Of a stretch of DNA of 64,000 bases, positions 37,283-46,565 are shown one piece after another. Below the pieces are notes generated by a model. That model saw only the letters and a list, made by a program, of their open reading frames with translations. It did no database searches and was not told the DNA's origin. This DNA comes from Opitutaceae bacterium (GTDB lineage Bacteria; Verrucomicrobiota; Verrucomicrobiia; Opitutales; Opitutaceae), in NCBI GenBank assembly GCA_031379235.1, contig JANNEY010000083.1, positions 19,693 to 83,692 of the forward strand, in the 5' to 3' direction. The stretch's first letter is position 1. Each line of letters opens with the position of its first letter. A program made the translations under genes and the position numbers.

Positions 37283-37582
37283 GGACTAAGCCAAGCCGCT
37301 TGTCGTGGTCGGCTGCGAGGCAGGTTCGGCGTCGGGGGGGTGGAGGGACGAGTGTGCCGGAGAAGGCGCGGGCGAGGAGCGACTGGTTGAGGCCGGTCGA
37401 GCTCGGTCATCGGGGATCTGAAGCGCAGGACACTATGAGCCGCCGGCTTGGCGAAAGCGACCCTCGGGGTCGTGGATGAAGCGCTCGCGGGGGGACGTTG
37501 AGTTTGGCGCGGATTCAGCGAGCAGCGGCCGGATGCAGTCGGCGAACTTCCGGGTGCGATTATCGATGATATCGTGCTGCAT
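37283..37582 (-). pseudogene. Collapsed remnants of a restriction-modification locus (helicase N-terminus + HsdS-like C-terminus)
   Basis: MQHDIIDNRTRKFADCIRPLL (37582 down to a stop at 37433), then frameshifted ELDR/LNQSLLARAFSGTLVP.../DAEPAS (about 37405-37315). Confidence 0.5.
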
Positions 37583-37818
37583 CGGTGCCAATGGAAATGA
37601 TATCGGTGTTCGGTCTCAGTCAAATACTTGGCCAATCGATTCGTTGATTGGACTGCTGTTATTCAAACCCGCTTCGGCGCTCGCCGTTAGAACATCGGGA
37701 CAGCATGGTGCAAACTATCATAAACCAAAACTGTCTGGCCGAGCCACCGCAGTTTGCGTTCACGAACTCGTTTGGATCTTAATAAAAGGAGTCGCGGGCC
37801 GATCCTTCTACTTCCCAA

Positions 37819-39423
37819 CTATCTTACAGTTGTTGCCGCCGCCGCCGCGAGCGGCAGGCGCAGGCCAACCGCTTCGAGATCGTTACGGACGATCAGCAGA
37901 TCGCCGGCGAGCGCGGGAGGATTCCAGGTCTTCGAGGAGAACACGCGGAAGCGGTGCAATTCGTTCGGCCCGGTGGGCGTGGGACGCAGCAAGACGAGTT
38001 CGCCGTTCTCCGCCATCAGTAGAAACAAGTCCCCGACGAGCAATCCCTGGCCGTGGCCGTAGCGGCCTTCTTTCCATTTTTGCGCGCCGTCGCTCAGGTC
38101 GAGACAGACGAACATGCCGTCGTCGAGGCCGTAGAGAAAGCCATCGCGCGCCACCGGATTCGCAAACTTGGCCTTGAGTTTCAACGACTGCCAAACGCGC
38201 TCCGCCGTCAGACGCCCGTCCGTCGCCGCTTTGATCTCGAGCAGCTCGCTGCCGACCCCGTAGCCAGCGGAAAACACCACGCGATCCGGCCCGACCACTA
38301 CGGGCACCGCCACATGCGGATAGCCCCGGCCCCACGGATACTCCCACAGCACGGCGCCGTCCGCAGCGTCATGCGCCGAGATGTGGCGATGGTTGTAGGC
38401 GAGAATCTGGCGGCGGCCGCCGAGCGTGGCGACGAAAGGTGAACCGTAGCCGGCCGCCGCCGTGCCCGCAGCCCAAACGCGTTCGCCTGTGTCGTCGCGG
38501 AATGCGAGCAGGGACTGGTTCGCCGTGCCGCCGGCACTCACGATCACGCGCCCAGCGAGCACCAGCGGCGCGCCCGCGAAGCCCCACTCGGGAACTTTGG
38601 CGCCCGTCTCCGCAACGAGATCGTGCGTCCACTGCACCCGGCCCGTCACGAGATCGAGGGCGTTGAGCCGGCCCGTCGAGCCGAGCGTAAACACGCGATC
38701 GCCGACGACGGTGGGCGTGGCCCGCGGTCCCTCGCCGCCGATGGGATTGTCGTAGCGCGCCGCATCGCCATGCGACCAGAGCGGCCGGCCACTGAGTAGA
38801 TCGTAGCACGTCACGAGCTCGCTCGCTCCGTTCTGTTCCTGCGTCAACGCCCGTCCACCCACGATGGCAAAGCCAGACCAACCGGGGCCAATCTTGTTGC
38901 GCCAGAGTTCGCGCGGTGGGCGCGCGGTCCAGTCGGGATCAAGCGCCGGACCAGTCAGCACCGCATTGCGATCCGGCCCGAGGAATTGCGGGAAGTCCGG
39001 CCGGATGCCAGCCGCGGACAGCGGATCGGGCAGCGGTGCGACGGGGCCAACGCCGAGCGGAGGCGCCGTCACGGGCCGGTCAGATTTCACCCAGCGCGGC
39101 TCGAGGATTGGCACCAAATCGCCGCTGACGCCGCGGACGCGAAACATCCCCGCACCCAACCCCAGCACGCCGAGGACGCCGAGCGTCACGCCCAGCCGCA
39201 GCCGCCACCGCGCACGCGAAAAGCACGTCCACCAAATCAGCAGCAGTCCGAACGCGCCGAGCAAGATGCCCATCGACGTCATGTTTTTCTGCTGAAATGT
39301 CGTCGTGTCGCGGAGCCGCACGACCGCGAGCGCGACCGTCGCGGCCGCCAGCAGCAGCCCCGCCGGCCACAGGCGAAGTGGCGGCCGCGAAGGTAAGTGG
39401 GAACGGCCGTGGTCGTCGGTCAT
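37819..39423 (-). CDS. Membrane-anchored PQQ-binding-like beta-propeller protein
   Basis: Three N-terminal TMs, DFPQFLGPDRN, GWSGFAI, GPRATP, GYGSP. Confidence 0.85.
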   Translation of the reverse strand: MTDDHGRSHLPSRPPLRLWPAGLLLAAATVALAVVRLRDTTTFQQKNMTSMGILLGAFGLLLIWWTCFSRARWRLRLGVTLGVLGVLGLGAGMFRVRGVSGDLVPILEPRWVKSDRPVTAPPLGVGPVAPLPDPLSAAGIRPDFPQFLGPDRNAVLTGPALDPDWTARPPRELWRNKIGPGWSGFAIVGGRALTQEQNGASELVTCYDLLSGRPLWSHGDAARYDNPIGGEGPRATPTVVGDRVFTLGSTGRLNALDLVTGRVQWTHDLVAETGAKVPEWGFAGAPLVLAGRVIVSAGGTANQSLLAFRDDTGERVWAAGTAAAGYGSPFVATLGGRRQILAYNHRHISAHDAADGAVLWEYPWGRGYPHVAVPVVVGPDRVVFSAGYGVGSELLEIKAATDGRLTAERVWQSLKLKAKFANPVARDGFLYGLDDGMFVCLDLSDGAQKWKEGRYGHGQGLLVGDLFLLMAENGELVLLRPTPTGPNELHRFRVFSSKTWNPPALAGDLLIVRNDLEAVGLRLPLAAAAATTVR

Positions 39424-39530
39424 GCCAGCGAGCGAACGCCCAACGCCGGCCCGGCGCAATCTTCGGCGCAGGGGGGACCGGGTGCTCGCTCCCGCGTTGC
39501 CAAGCGGCATGGCGAAGGTTTTCGTCGCCC

Positions 39531-40304
39531 ATGCGCCGTTTGATTTTTTTCGCCGCCGGGCTCCTGGCCTGGCTGGTGTGCGCCGCGGCGCAGAAGCCCG
39601 AGGGGCCGGAGGTCCTCGTCGTCTCCGATGTGCGCAGCAAGGAGTCGATCGCGCTCCGCCCGACCAAGGAACACCCGATCAATTTCATCGTGCTCGGGGG
39701 CGGCGAGCGCACGCTCGGCGATTCTATCGCCGGCGAACCGATGCCGAATCGCGCGGCGCTGACGCGGGAGATTGAGACGGCGCTCGTGTCGCAGGGCTTC
39801 ACGCTCACGCAGCTCGGCGGGCCAGTCCCGCACATCGCGATCCTGTTCAGCTACGGGTCCGCGAATCTCGCCACCGCCGAAATCAACGACACGGATCCGG
39901 CGACGGGCGAGACGAGCACGTCGACCATCACGTTTAACCGCCGGGAAATCGCGGCGCTGGTGGGCGCGTTCAAGGCGGAGCGCCACCTGCTGATGTCGAG
40001 CGAGGCCGACCGGATCAACGAGGCCGCGCGCGATGATCGGGTCTATATTTTTCTCGCGGCCTTCGGCGTTGAGGCGCTCCGGAAAAAGGAAAGGAAAGTG
40101 CTCTGGAGCACCCGTATCTCGATCCCGTCGCGCCGGAGCACGCTGCCGGAATCGATGCACGTGATGCTCACGAGTGCGGCGCCCTATTTTGCCACCGAAA
40201 CCGATCTGCCCAAGTTCATCGAGGATGCGGACCGGCGCAAAACCGAGGTGCGCGTCGGCACGCCCACCGTAGTCGAAGAACCGCCGGCCAAGGCGAAGCC
40301 CTGA
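39531..40304 (+). CDS. Hypothetical exported protein
   Basis: Signal peptide MRRLIFFAAGLLAWLVCAAA, host-like codon usage. Confidence 0.65.
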   Translation: MRRLIFFAAGLLAWLVCAAAQKPEGPEVLVVSDVRSKESIALRPTKEHPINFIVLGGGERTLGDSIAGEPMPNRAALTREIETALVSQGFTLTQLGGPVPHIAILFSYGSANLATAEINDTDPATGETSTSTITFNRREIAALVGAFKAERHLLMSSEADRINEAARDDRVYIFLAAFGVEALRKKERKVLWSTRISIPSRRSTLPESMHVMLTSAAPYFATETDLPKFIEDADRRKTEVRVGTPTVVEEPPAKAKP

Positions 40305-40327
40305 ACGACGGTGCCCCTCAGCATCGC

Positions 40328-40386
40328 GTAAGGGCGTGCCTCGTGCGCGCCTTTCCCCGCCGGGCGCGGACGAGCCGCGCCCCTAC
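40328..40386. repeat. GTAG-type inverted REP doublet
   Basis: GTAAGGGCGTGCCTCGTGCGCGCC ... GGCGCGGACGAGCCGCGCCCCTAC; the second arm's reverse complement starts GTAGGGGCG. Confidence 0.7.
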
Positions 40387-40485
40387 GAAAACCCGCCGCG
40401 CCGGCAGCGATCGCAGGAATCGGACACGCTTCGCGCTTGGGAAACGGGCTGGCCATCCGCACTCGCACGCCTTCCACTCCGCGGC

Positions 40486-41379
40486 ATGAGCCGCCCCACC
40501 CTCTGTCTCGTCGCTTTGCTCTCGTTGGTCTCCGTTTCGTTCGCCGCCCCCGCCTACCCGCCGTCCTTCGAGGGCGCGCGCGCCGAAGTCTTCAAGACCG
40601 TCGGCGACACCAAGCTCTCGCTCTGGATCTTCGAGCCGCCCGCGTCCGCCGGCAGCGCGAAAACGAACCGCCCCGCCGTCGTGTTCTTCTTCGGCGGCGG
40701 CTGGACGGGCGGCTCGCCCGGGCAATTTGAGCAGCACTGCCGCGCCCTCGCCGCCCGCGGGATGGTCGCGATCACGGCGGACTACCGCGTCGCTTCGCGG
40801 CACCAGGTTAAGCCCACCGCGTGCGTGGCCGACGCCAAGTCCGCGCTCCGCTACGTGCGCGCCCACGCCGCGCGCCTCGGCGTCGATCCCAAGCGGATCG
40901 CCGCGGGCGGCGGCTCCGCCGGCGGCCACCTTGCGGCCGCCATCGCGACCGTGCCTGGCTTCGAGGACCCCGGCGAGGACACGAAGATCAGCTCCTTGCC
41001 CAACGCCCTCTTGCTCTTCAATCCCGCGCTCGTGCTCGCCGCGATGGACGGCCTCGACCCCAAGGGCTTCGGCACGCAGGTGCCCGCCGAGCGCATGGGC
41101 ACCGATCCGAAAAATCTCTCGCCCGCGCACCACGTCAAAAAAGGCACGCCGCCCACGATCATCTTCCACGGCAAAGCCGACACCACCGTGCCCTACGCGA
41201 CCGCCGAGACGTTCACGCGCGTGATGCAGGCCGCGGGCAACCGCTGCGAGCTGGTCGGCGCCGAGGGCCAGGTCCACGGCTACTTCAACTACGGCCGCGG
41301 CGACGGCACCGCCTACAAGGACACTCTCGCGCGCACCGACGCGTTTCTCGTGTCGCTCGGCTGGCTCGCGGCGAAGTAG
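40486..41379 (+). CDS. Exported alpha/beta hydrolase (HSL-like esterase)
   Basis: FFGGGW oxyanion motif, GGSAGGHL, FHGKAD..VP, VHGYFN. Confidence 0.88.
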   Translation: MSRPTLCLVALLSLVSVSFAAPAYPPSFEGARAEVFKTVGDTKLSLWIFEPPASAGSAKTNRPAVVFFFGGGWTGGSPGQFEQHCRALAARGMVAITADYRVASRHQVKPTACVADAKSALRYVRAHAARLGVDPKRIAAGGGSAGGHLAAAIATVPGFEDPGEDTKISSLPNALLLFNPALVLAAMDGLDPKGFGTQVPAERMGTDPKNLSPAHHVKKGTPPTIIFHGKADTTVPYATAETFTRVMQAAGNRCELVGAEGQVHGYFNYGRGDGTAYKDTLARTDAFLVSLGWLAAK

Positions 41380-41474
41380 GATTTGATTCTTTTCGTAACC
41401 CGGGGCGACCGCCGCGGGTAAGCCATCCGACCGCCGCTCGCCCATTCCGGCGGCCGCGGCTCTCCCCCCTTCCG

Positions 41475-42308
41475 GTGAAATCCAGCCAAACCTTCCTTGG
41501 TGCGCTCACTGCGCTCGTCGTCCTCGCGGTGATTTTCCTGATCGTCGAACGGCTCGCCGCGCGCGGCCGGCCGCAGCCGGTGATCCGGCGCGGATGGTGG
41601 ACCGATGTCGCGTATTTTTTTGTGACGGCCCTGGTCACCAAGCCGCTCGTGCGCCTGCTGCTGATCGTGCCCGCCGCCCTGCTCGTGATCGCGCAGATCG
41701 TGCCGGCCGAGACCTTCAAGCTCGGGGAGTATCGCGGCTTCGGCCCGCTCAGCCGCCAGCCGCTCTGGCTCCAGACGATCCAGATTTACCTCGTCGTGGA
41801 TCTCATCGGCTACTGGACGCACCGCCTCTTTCACCGCGGGCGCTGGTGGCCGTTTCACGCCGTGCATCACAGCTCCGAGGAGCTCGACTGGCTCGGCAGC
41901 GTCCGCGTCCACCCGGTCAATGACCTCTTCAACAAATTCGCGCAGGTCACGCCGGTCCTGCTCCTCGGCTACAATCCCCTCGTCACGATCAGCACCGCGC
42001 CCGTGCTCACGTTCTACGCGATTTTCCTGCACGCGAACGTCAACTGGGACTTCGGCCCGCTGCGCGCCGTGATCGCGACGCCGGTCTTTCACCGCTGGCA
42101 TCACTCGCGCGACCGCGAGGCGTGGGACAAAAACTTCGCCGGCCTCCTGCCGCTCTGGGACATCGTCTTCGGCACCTACTACATGCCGCGCGGCCGCTGG
42201 CCGGAAAACTTCGGCATCCACGAACCCATGCCCAAGGGCTATCTCGGCCAGCTCTGGGAACCCTTCGCCGCCCTCGGCCGCGACGGCAAGAAAGTAGATC
42301 CGAAGTGA
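41475..42308 (+). CDS. Sterol desaturase / fatty acid hydroxylase family membrane diiron enzyme
   Basis: His boxes YWTHRLFH, FHAVHHS, FLHAN and FHRWHHS, plus KNFA...WD..FGT. Confidence 0.88.
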   Translation: MKSSQTFLGALTALVVLAVIFLIVERLAARGRPQPVIRRGWWTDVAYFFVTALVTKPLVRLLLIVPAALLVIAQIVPAETFKLGEYRGFGPLSRQPLWLQTIQIYLVVDLIGYWTHRLFHRGRWWPFHAVHHSSEELDWLGSVRVHPVNDLFNKFAQVTPVLLLGYNPLVTISTAPVLTFYAIFLHANVNWDFGPLRAVIATPVFHRWHHSRDREAWDKNFAGLLPLWDIVFGTYYMPRGRWPENFGIHEPMPKGYLGQLWEPFAALGRDGKKVDPK

Positions 42309-42433
42309 AGGCTCAGGCGGCTCGCACTACGGGCTGATGCGGGCGGCCCACTTCGAACCGACCGAAGCGGCGCCCGGAAAATGAGCGTTGAGCGTGCGGC
42401 GCGGAGCGTTGAGCGTTCTCTCCTTTCCTCCCC

Positions 42434-43114
42434 ATGCCAACCCCGTCCAAATCCAAACTAGCCCTCGTTTCCGCTCTCGCGTTCGCCGTCGCCGTCGCCA
42501 CTCCGCTCGCCGCCGCGCCCAAGGCCCATCCCGACACCACCGGTTGGCAGAAAGTTCTTGCCGAGGATTTTTCCGATGCGGTCACGAAGCTCGGCGACTG
42601 GAGCTTCGAAAACGGCGTGCTCGTCGCGAAAAACAAAGAGACCCTCTGGACGAAAAAGTCCTACGCCAACTTCACGCTCGATCTCGAATTCAAGGTGGCG
42701 AAGGAGTCCAACAGCGGCGTGTTCTTGCGCTCGGGCGACACCAAGAGCGTCCTCGCTGCGCTGGAGATTCAGGTGCACGAAAATCAGGACAGCGCGCACT
42801 ACGGCATGGTCGGTGCCATCTACAACGCCCAGCCTCCCTCCAAGCCCGTGGCCAAGCCGGTCGGCGAGTGGAACCACTTCACGATCACCTGCCACGACAG
42901 CCACGTGGCGCTCATTTTCAACGGCGAGGAAGTCTGGAACGTTGACCTCAACAATTGGACCGAGCCGAAGAAAAACCCCGACGGCACGCCGAACAAGTTC
43001 GCGAAGGCACTGAAAGATTTCAGCCGTAGCGGTCCCCTCGGCCTGCAAGGCCTCCACGGTAAGGCGCAGGCGCCCGTGTGGTATCGCAACATCCGCATCA
43101 AGGAGCTGAAGTAA
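42434..43114 (+). CDS. DUF1080 / 3-keto-disaccharide hydrolase family protein, exported
   Basis: NFTLDLEFK, NSGVF, EIQV, GEWNH, LGLQG.H and WYRNIRIKEL. Confidence 0.88.
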   Translation: MPTPSKSKLALVSALAFAVAVATPLAAAPKAHPDTTGWQKVLAEDFSDAVTKLGDWSFENGVLVAKNKETLWTKKSYANFTLDLEFKVAKESNSGVFLRSGDTKSVLAALEIQVHENQDSAHYGMVGAIYNAQPPSKPVAKPVGEWNHFTITCHDSHVALIFNGEEVWNVDLNNWTEPKKNPDGTPNKFAKALKDFSRSGPLGLQGLHGKAQAPVWYRNIRIKELK

Positions 43115-43221
43115 CGCGCGCCGCGCGGCCGAGCTTGAGTCCTCGCCGCGCAATCGGGGTTGCGCTCGCCGAAGCGACCACCTGATGCCTCGGCGCTTTC
43201 GCCGGAGCAATTGCACCGACT

Positions 43222-43253
43222 CCTCCTGCGCCTCGATCCCGTGGCGCAGGAGG
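43222..43253. other. Perfect 11-bp GC-rich hairpin between the DUF1080 and TBDR genes
   Basis: CCTCCTGCGCC-N10-GGCGCAGGAGG; no U-tract, so the role is uncertain. Confidence 0.4.
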
Positions 43254-43376
43254 CGCGCGCGAGGCAGCGGCAAATCAAGGCACCGCCCACTGCGGAACTG
43301 CACTCGGCTTCCGCCGTTTTCCTGTTACTTCACCACCGACGTCGGTAACCCCGCCGACGCCGACCCCACAATACCC

Positions 43377-46300
43377 ATGCCTCGCCCATTTCTCGCCCTC
43401 TTCTTTGCCACCGCCCTCGCCGCATTCGCGGCCGATCCGGCGGCCACTGCGTCCATCACCGGTCGCGTTCAGCACGCCGCCACCGGTTCCTCGCTCAACA
43501 ACGCCCGCGTCACCCTCCGCGGCACCGATCTCGTCGCGTTCACCGACGAGACCGGCTCCTACCGCCTCCCGCACGTGCCCGCGGGCGCGGTCACGCTCGA
43601 GGTGTTTTACACCGGCATGGTGCCGGAGCGCATTCCGCTCACCGTCGCGGCCGGCGGCGCGATCGAACGCGATGTCTCGCTCACCTCGTCGTCCGCCGCG
43701 GCCGGCGGTGCGCGTGCGGGCGAGGTCGTGAAGCTCGACTCGTTCGTCATCTCCACCTCGCGCGAGATGGATGGTGCCGCCATCGCGATTAACGAGCAGC
43801 GTTTCGCACCCAACATCGTCAACGTCGTCTCCGCCGACGAATTCGGCGTCGTGCCCGACGGCAACATCGGCGAGTTCCTGAAAATGCTCCCCGGGATCAC
43901 GATGAGCTACCGCGGCGGTGATCCGCGCGAGGTCTCGATGAACGGCGTGGGCTCCGACTACGTGCCGATCACCATCGGCGGTTTCGCGCTCGCGACCTCC
44001 GAGGTCTCCGGCACCGGTCGCAACGTCGAACTCAACGCCGTCTCGATCAACAATGTCTCCCGCATCGAGGCCGTTTACTCGCCCACGCCCGAGTCACCCG
44101 GCTCCGCGCTCGCCGGCTCGATCAACATGGTGCCGCGCTCGGCCTTCGAGCGCGCGCGGCCCGTCTTCAACGGCTCTGTCTACCTCGCCGCGCGCGACAG
44201 CACCATCGAGGGCCGCACGCCCGGCCCCGCGCGCACGCCTACGTGGAAGGTCCGCCCCGGCTTCGAGTTTTCCTGGCTCGTCCCGGTGAACAAGCGCTTT
44301 GGATTCACCGTCTCCGCCGGCGCCTCCACCCAATACGTCGAGGGCCCGCTCCTCACCAACACTTGGCGCGGCGCCGGCACGGCGACCAACGGCACGACCT
44401 TTCCCGACACCACGCCCGACCGCCCTTACCTCACCGACTTCCTCGTGCGCATCGAATCCAAGATCGCCGACCGCACGTCCTTCGCCACCACCGTGGACTA
44501 CAAGCTCGGCCCCAGCGACCGCCTCTCGTTTTCGTTTTCCTACGGCACCTTCCACACCGATTTTAACCAGCGCGCGATCACCTTCTCCGTCGGCGGCACG
44601 ACGGCTGGAAATTTCTCGCCGACGTTCACGCGCGGCAACACCGGCGCGGGCGAGGTGCGCATCGCCAACAACGGCAACCACCGCTACTCGCGCACCTTCA
44701 TGCCCACGCTCGCCTGGCGGCACGATGGCCCGATCTGGAAAGCCGAGGCGGGCCTCGGCTCGTCGCACGCGCAGAACCAGTTTCGCAACGTGGACAAGGG
44801 CCGCTTCGCCGGCACCCTCTCACGCCGCACCGGCGTCACGGTTTCGTTCGCCGACAATTTCTACCTGCGCCCGCGCACGATCACCGTCACCGACGGCACG
44901 ACCGGCGCGCCCGTCGATCCGTTCAATATCGCGACCTACGCACTGAGCACGGCGTCCGGCAGCCCGCAGCTCTCGCGCAACGTCCACCGCACCGCGTTCG
45001 CCAACCTCCGCCGCGATCTTGACCTGAATTTTCCGCTCACACTCAAGGGCGGCCTCGACGTTCGCTCCTCGCGCAGCGACAATCGCACCGAGAACATCGC
45101 GCTCAACTTCGTCGGCCCCGACGGCCGCGCCTCGCTCACGCCGGCCGGCAGCGACGACGGCGCGGCGGGCGTCTTCGACCAATATTATTACCAGCGCGCC
45201 GGCCTCTTCGGCATCCCGCGCGTCCAGTGGGCGAGCAACGAGACTGTGCTCGACGTCTATCGCGCGAAGCCCGCGTGGTTCACCTCCGACGAGAATGCGA
45301 AATACCGCGCTGAGGTGAACGCCTCGAAGCTCTCCACCGAGACCATTTCCTCCGCCTACCTGCGCGCCGATGCGCAGTTTCTCGATCGCCGCCTCAAGCT
45401 CACCGGCGGCGTGCGCGCCGAGCAGACCAACGTCACCGCCCGCGGCCCGCTCAACGATCCCACGCTCAACTACCGCCGCGACGCCTCCGGCAAGGTTCTC
45501 ACCGTCGCCAGCCCCACCGCCGCCGATCCCAACCGCCGCGTGCCCGATCTGATTTTCCCCACGAGCAACGCCCTCGCCGTCTCGCGCCTCACGCTCCTCG
45601 ACCGCGCCGGCCACGCCGAGAAGGAATACTTCCGCTGGTTCCCGAGCCTCAACGCCGGCTACAACCTCCGCGAAAATCTGATCGTCCGCGCCGCCGCCTA
45701 CACCTCCGTCGGCCGGCCCAATTACAACCAATACTCCGGCGGCGTCACGCTCCCGGATCCCGAGGCGGCGCCAAGCAACACGAACCGCATCGTCGTCAAT
45801 AACGCTGGCATCAAGCCGTGGTCCGCGCATTCCACCAAGGTTTCGCTCGAGTATTATTTCGAGCGGGTCGGCCAGATTTCCGTTGGCGCGTTCCGCCGCG
45901 ACATCCGCAATTTTTTTGGCGCCACGACCTTTGATGCCACGCCGGAATTCCTCGCGCTCTACGGCCTCGACCCGTCCCTCTACGATCCCTTCCAAGTCGC
46001 GACGCAGCAAAACCTCGCGACCAGCGTCCGCATGGAAGGCATCGACGTGAACTACAAGCAGGCGCTCACGTTTCTCCCGCGTTGGGCGCGCGGCCTTCAG
46101 CTCTTCGCCAACGGCAGCGCCCAGCGCGCCACCGGTGACGGCGCCACCAACTTCACCGGCTACATCCCGCGCACCGGCAGCTGGGGTCTCAGCCTCTCGC
46201 GCGAAAAATACAATCTCCGCATGAACTGGAACTACCTCGGCCGTCAGCGCCGCGGCATCGTCACCGGCCGCAGCATCGAGGCGAGCACCTACAACTGGGG

Positions 46301-46499
46301 CAGCAAGCGCAGCTACATCGACGTCACGGGCGAGTATTCGCTCACGCGCCGCCTCGCGCTTTTCGCGAATCTCCGCAACGTCAACGACCCGACCGACGAC
46401 GTGGAGATCGCCGGCCCCAACACGCCCGCCGCCGCTCAGTTCCGCCAACGCGCCGAATTCGGCTCACTGTGGACGCTCGGGATCAAAGGCACGTTCTGA
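43377..46499 (+). CDS. TonB-dependent receptor with N-terminal carboxypeptidase-regulatory-like domain
   Basis: Signal peptide, ITGRV...TDETGSY, VKLDSFVI, DEFGVVPDGNIGEFLK, terminal IKGTF. Confidence 0.92.
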   Translation: MPRPFLALFFATALAAFAADPAATASITGRVQHAATGSSLNNARVTLRGTDLVAFTDETGSYRLPHVPAGAVTLEVFYTGMVPERIPLTVAAGGAIERDVSLTSSSAAAGGARAGEVVKLDSFVISTSREMDGAAIAINEQRFAPNIVNVVSADEFGVVPDGNIGEFLKMLPGITMSYRGGDPREVSMNGVGSDYVPITIGGFALATSEVSGTGRNVELNAVSINNVSRIEAVYSPTPESPGSALAGSINMVPRSAFERARPVFNGSVYLAARDSTIEGRTPGPARTPTWKVRPGFEFSWLVPVNKRFGFTVSAGASTQYVEGPLLTNTWRGAGTATNGTTFPDTTPDRPYLTDFLVRIESKIADRTSFATTVDYKLGPSDRLSFSFSYGTFHTDFNQRAITFSVGGTTAGNFSPTFTRGNTGAGEVRIANNGNHRYSRTFMPTLAWRHDGPIWKAEAGLGSSHAQNQFRNVDKGRFAGTLSRRTGVTVSFADNFYLRPRTITVTDGTTGAPVDPFNIATYALSTASGSPQLSRNVHRTAFANLRRDLDLNFPLTLKGGLDVRSSRSDNRTENIALNFVGPDGRASLTPAGSDDGAAGVFDQYYYQRAGLFGIPRVQWASNETVLDVYRAKPAWFTSDENAKYRAEVNASKLSTETISSAYLRADAQFLDRRLKLTGGVRAEQTNVTARGPLNDPTLNYRRDASGKVLTVASPTAADPNRRVPDLIFPTSNALAVSRLTLLDRAGHAEKEYFRWFPSLNAGYNLRENLIVRAAAYTSVGRPNYNQYSGGVTLPDPEAAPSNTNRIVVNNAGIKPWSAHSTKVSLEYYFERVGQISVGAFRRDIRNFFGATTFDATPEFLALYGLDPSLYDPFQVATQQNLATSVRMEGIDVNYKQALTFLPRWARGLQLFANGSAQRATGDGATNFTGYIPRTGSWGLSLSREKYNLRMNWNYLGRQRRGIVTGRSIEASTYNWGSKRSYIDVTGEYSLTRRLALFANLRNVNDPTDDVEIAGPNTPAAAQFRQRAEFGSLWTLGIKGTF

Positions 46500-46565
46500 G
46501 CCCGCGCCATCGCGTCCGTTGAACGGCATCGTCCGCAACCCTCGCATCCACGCGGAAGAAATACC

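Noticed and set aside
43140-43376. Cobalamin riboswitch upstream of the second TBDR
   Set aside because: Only scattered short matches (CCACTG, GGAACTGC); the conserved GGGAA/B12-box order is absent. An Infernal scan against Rfam would settle it.
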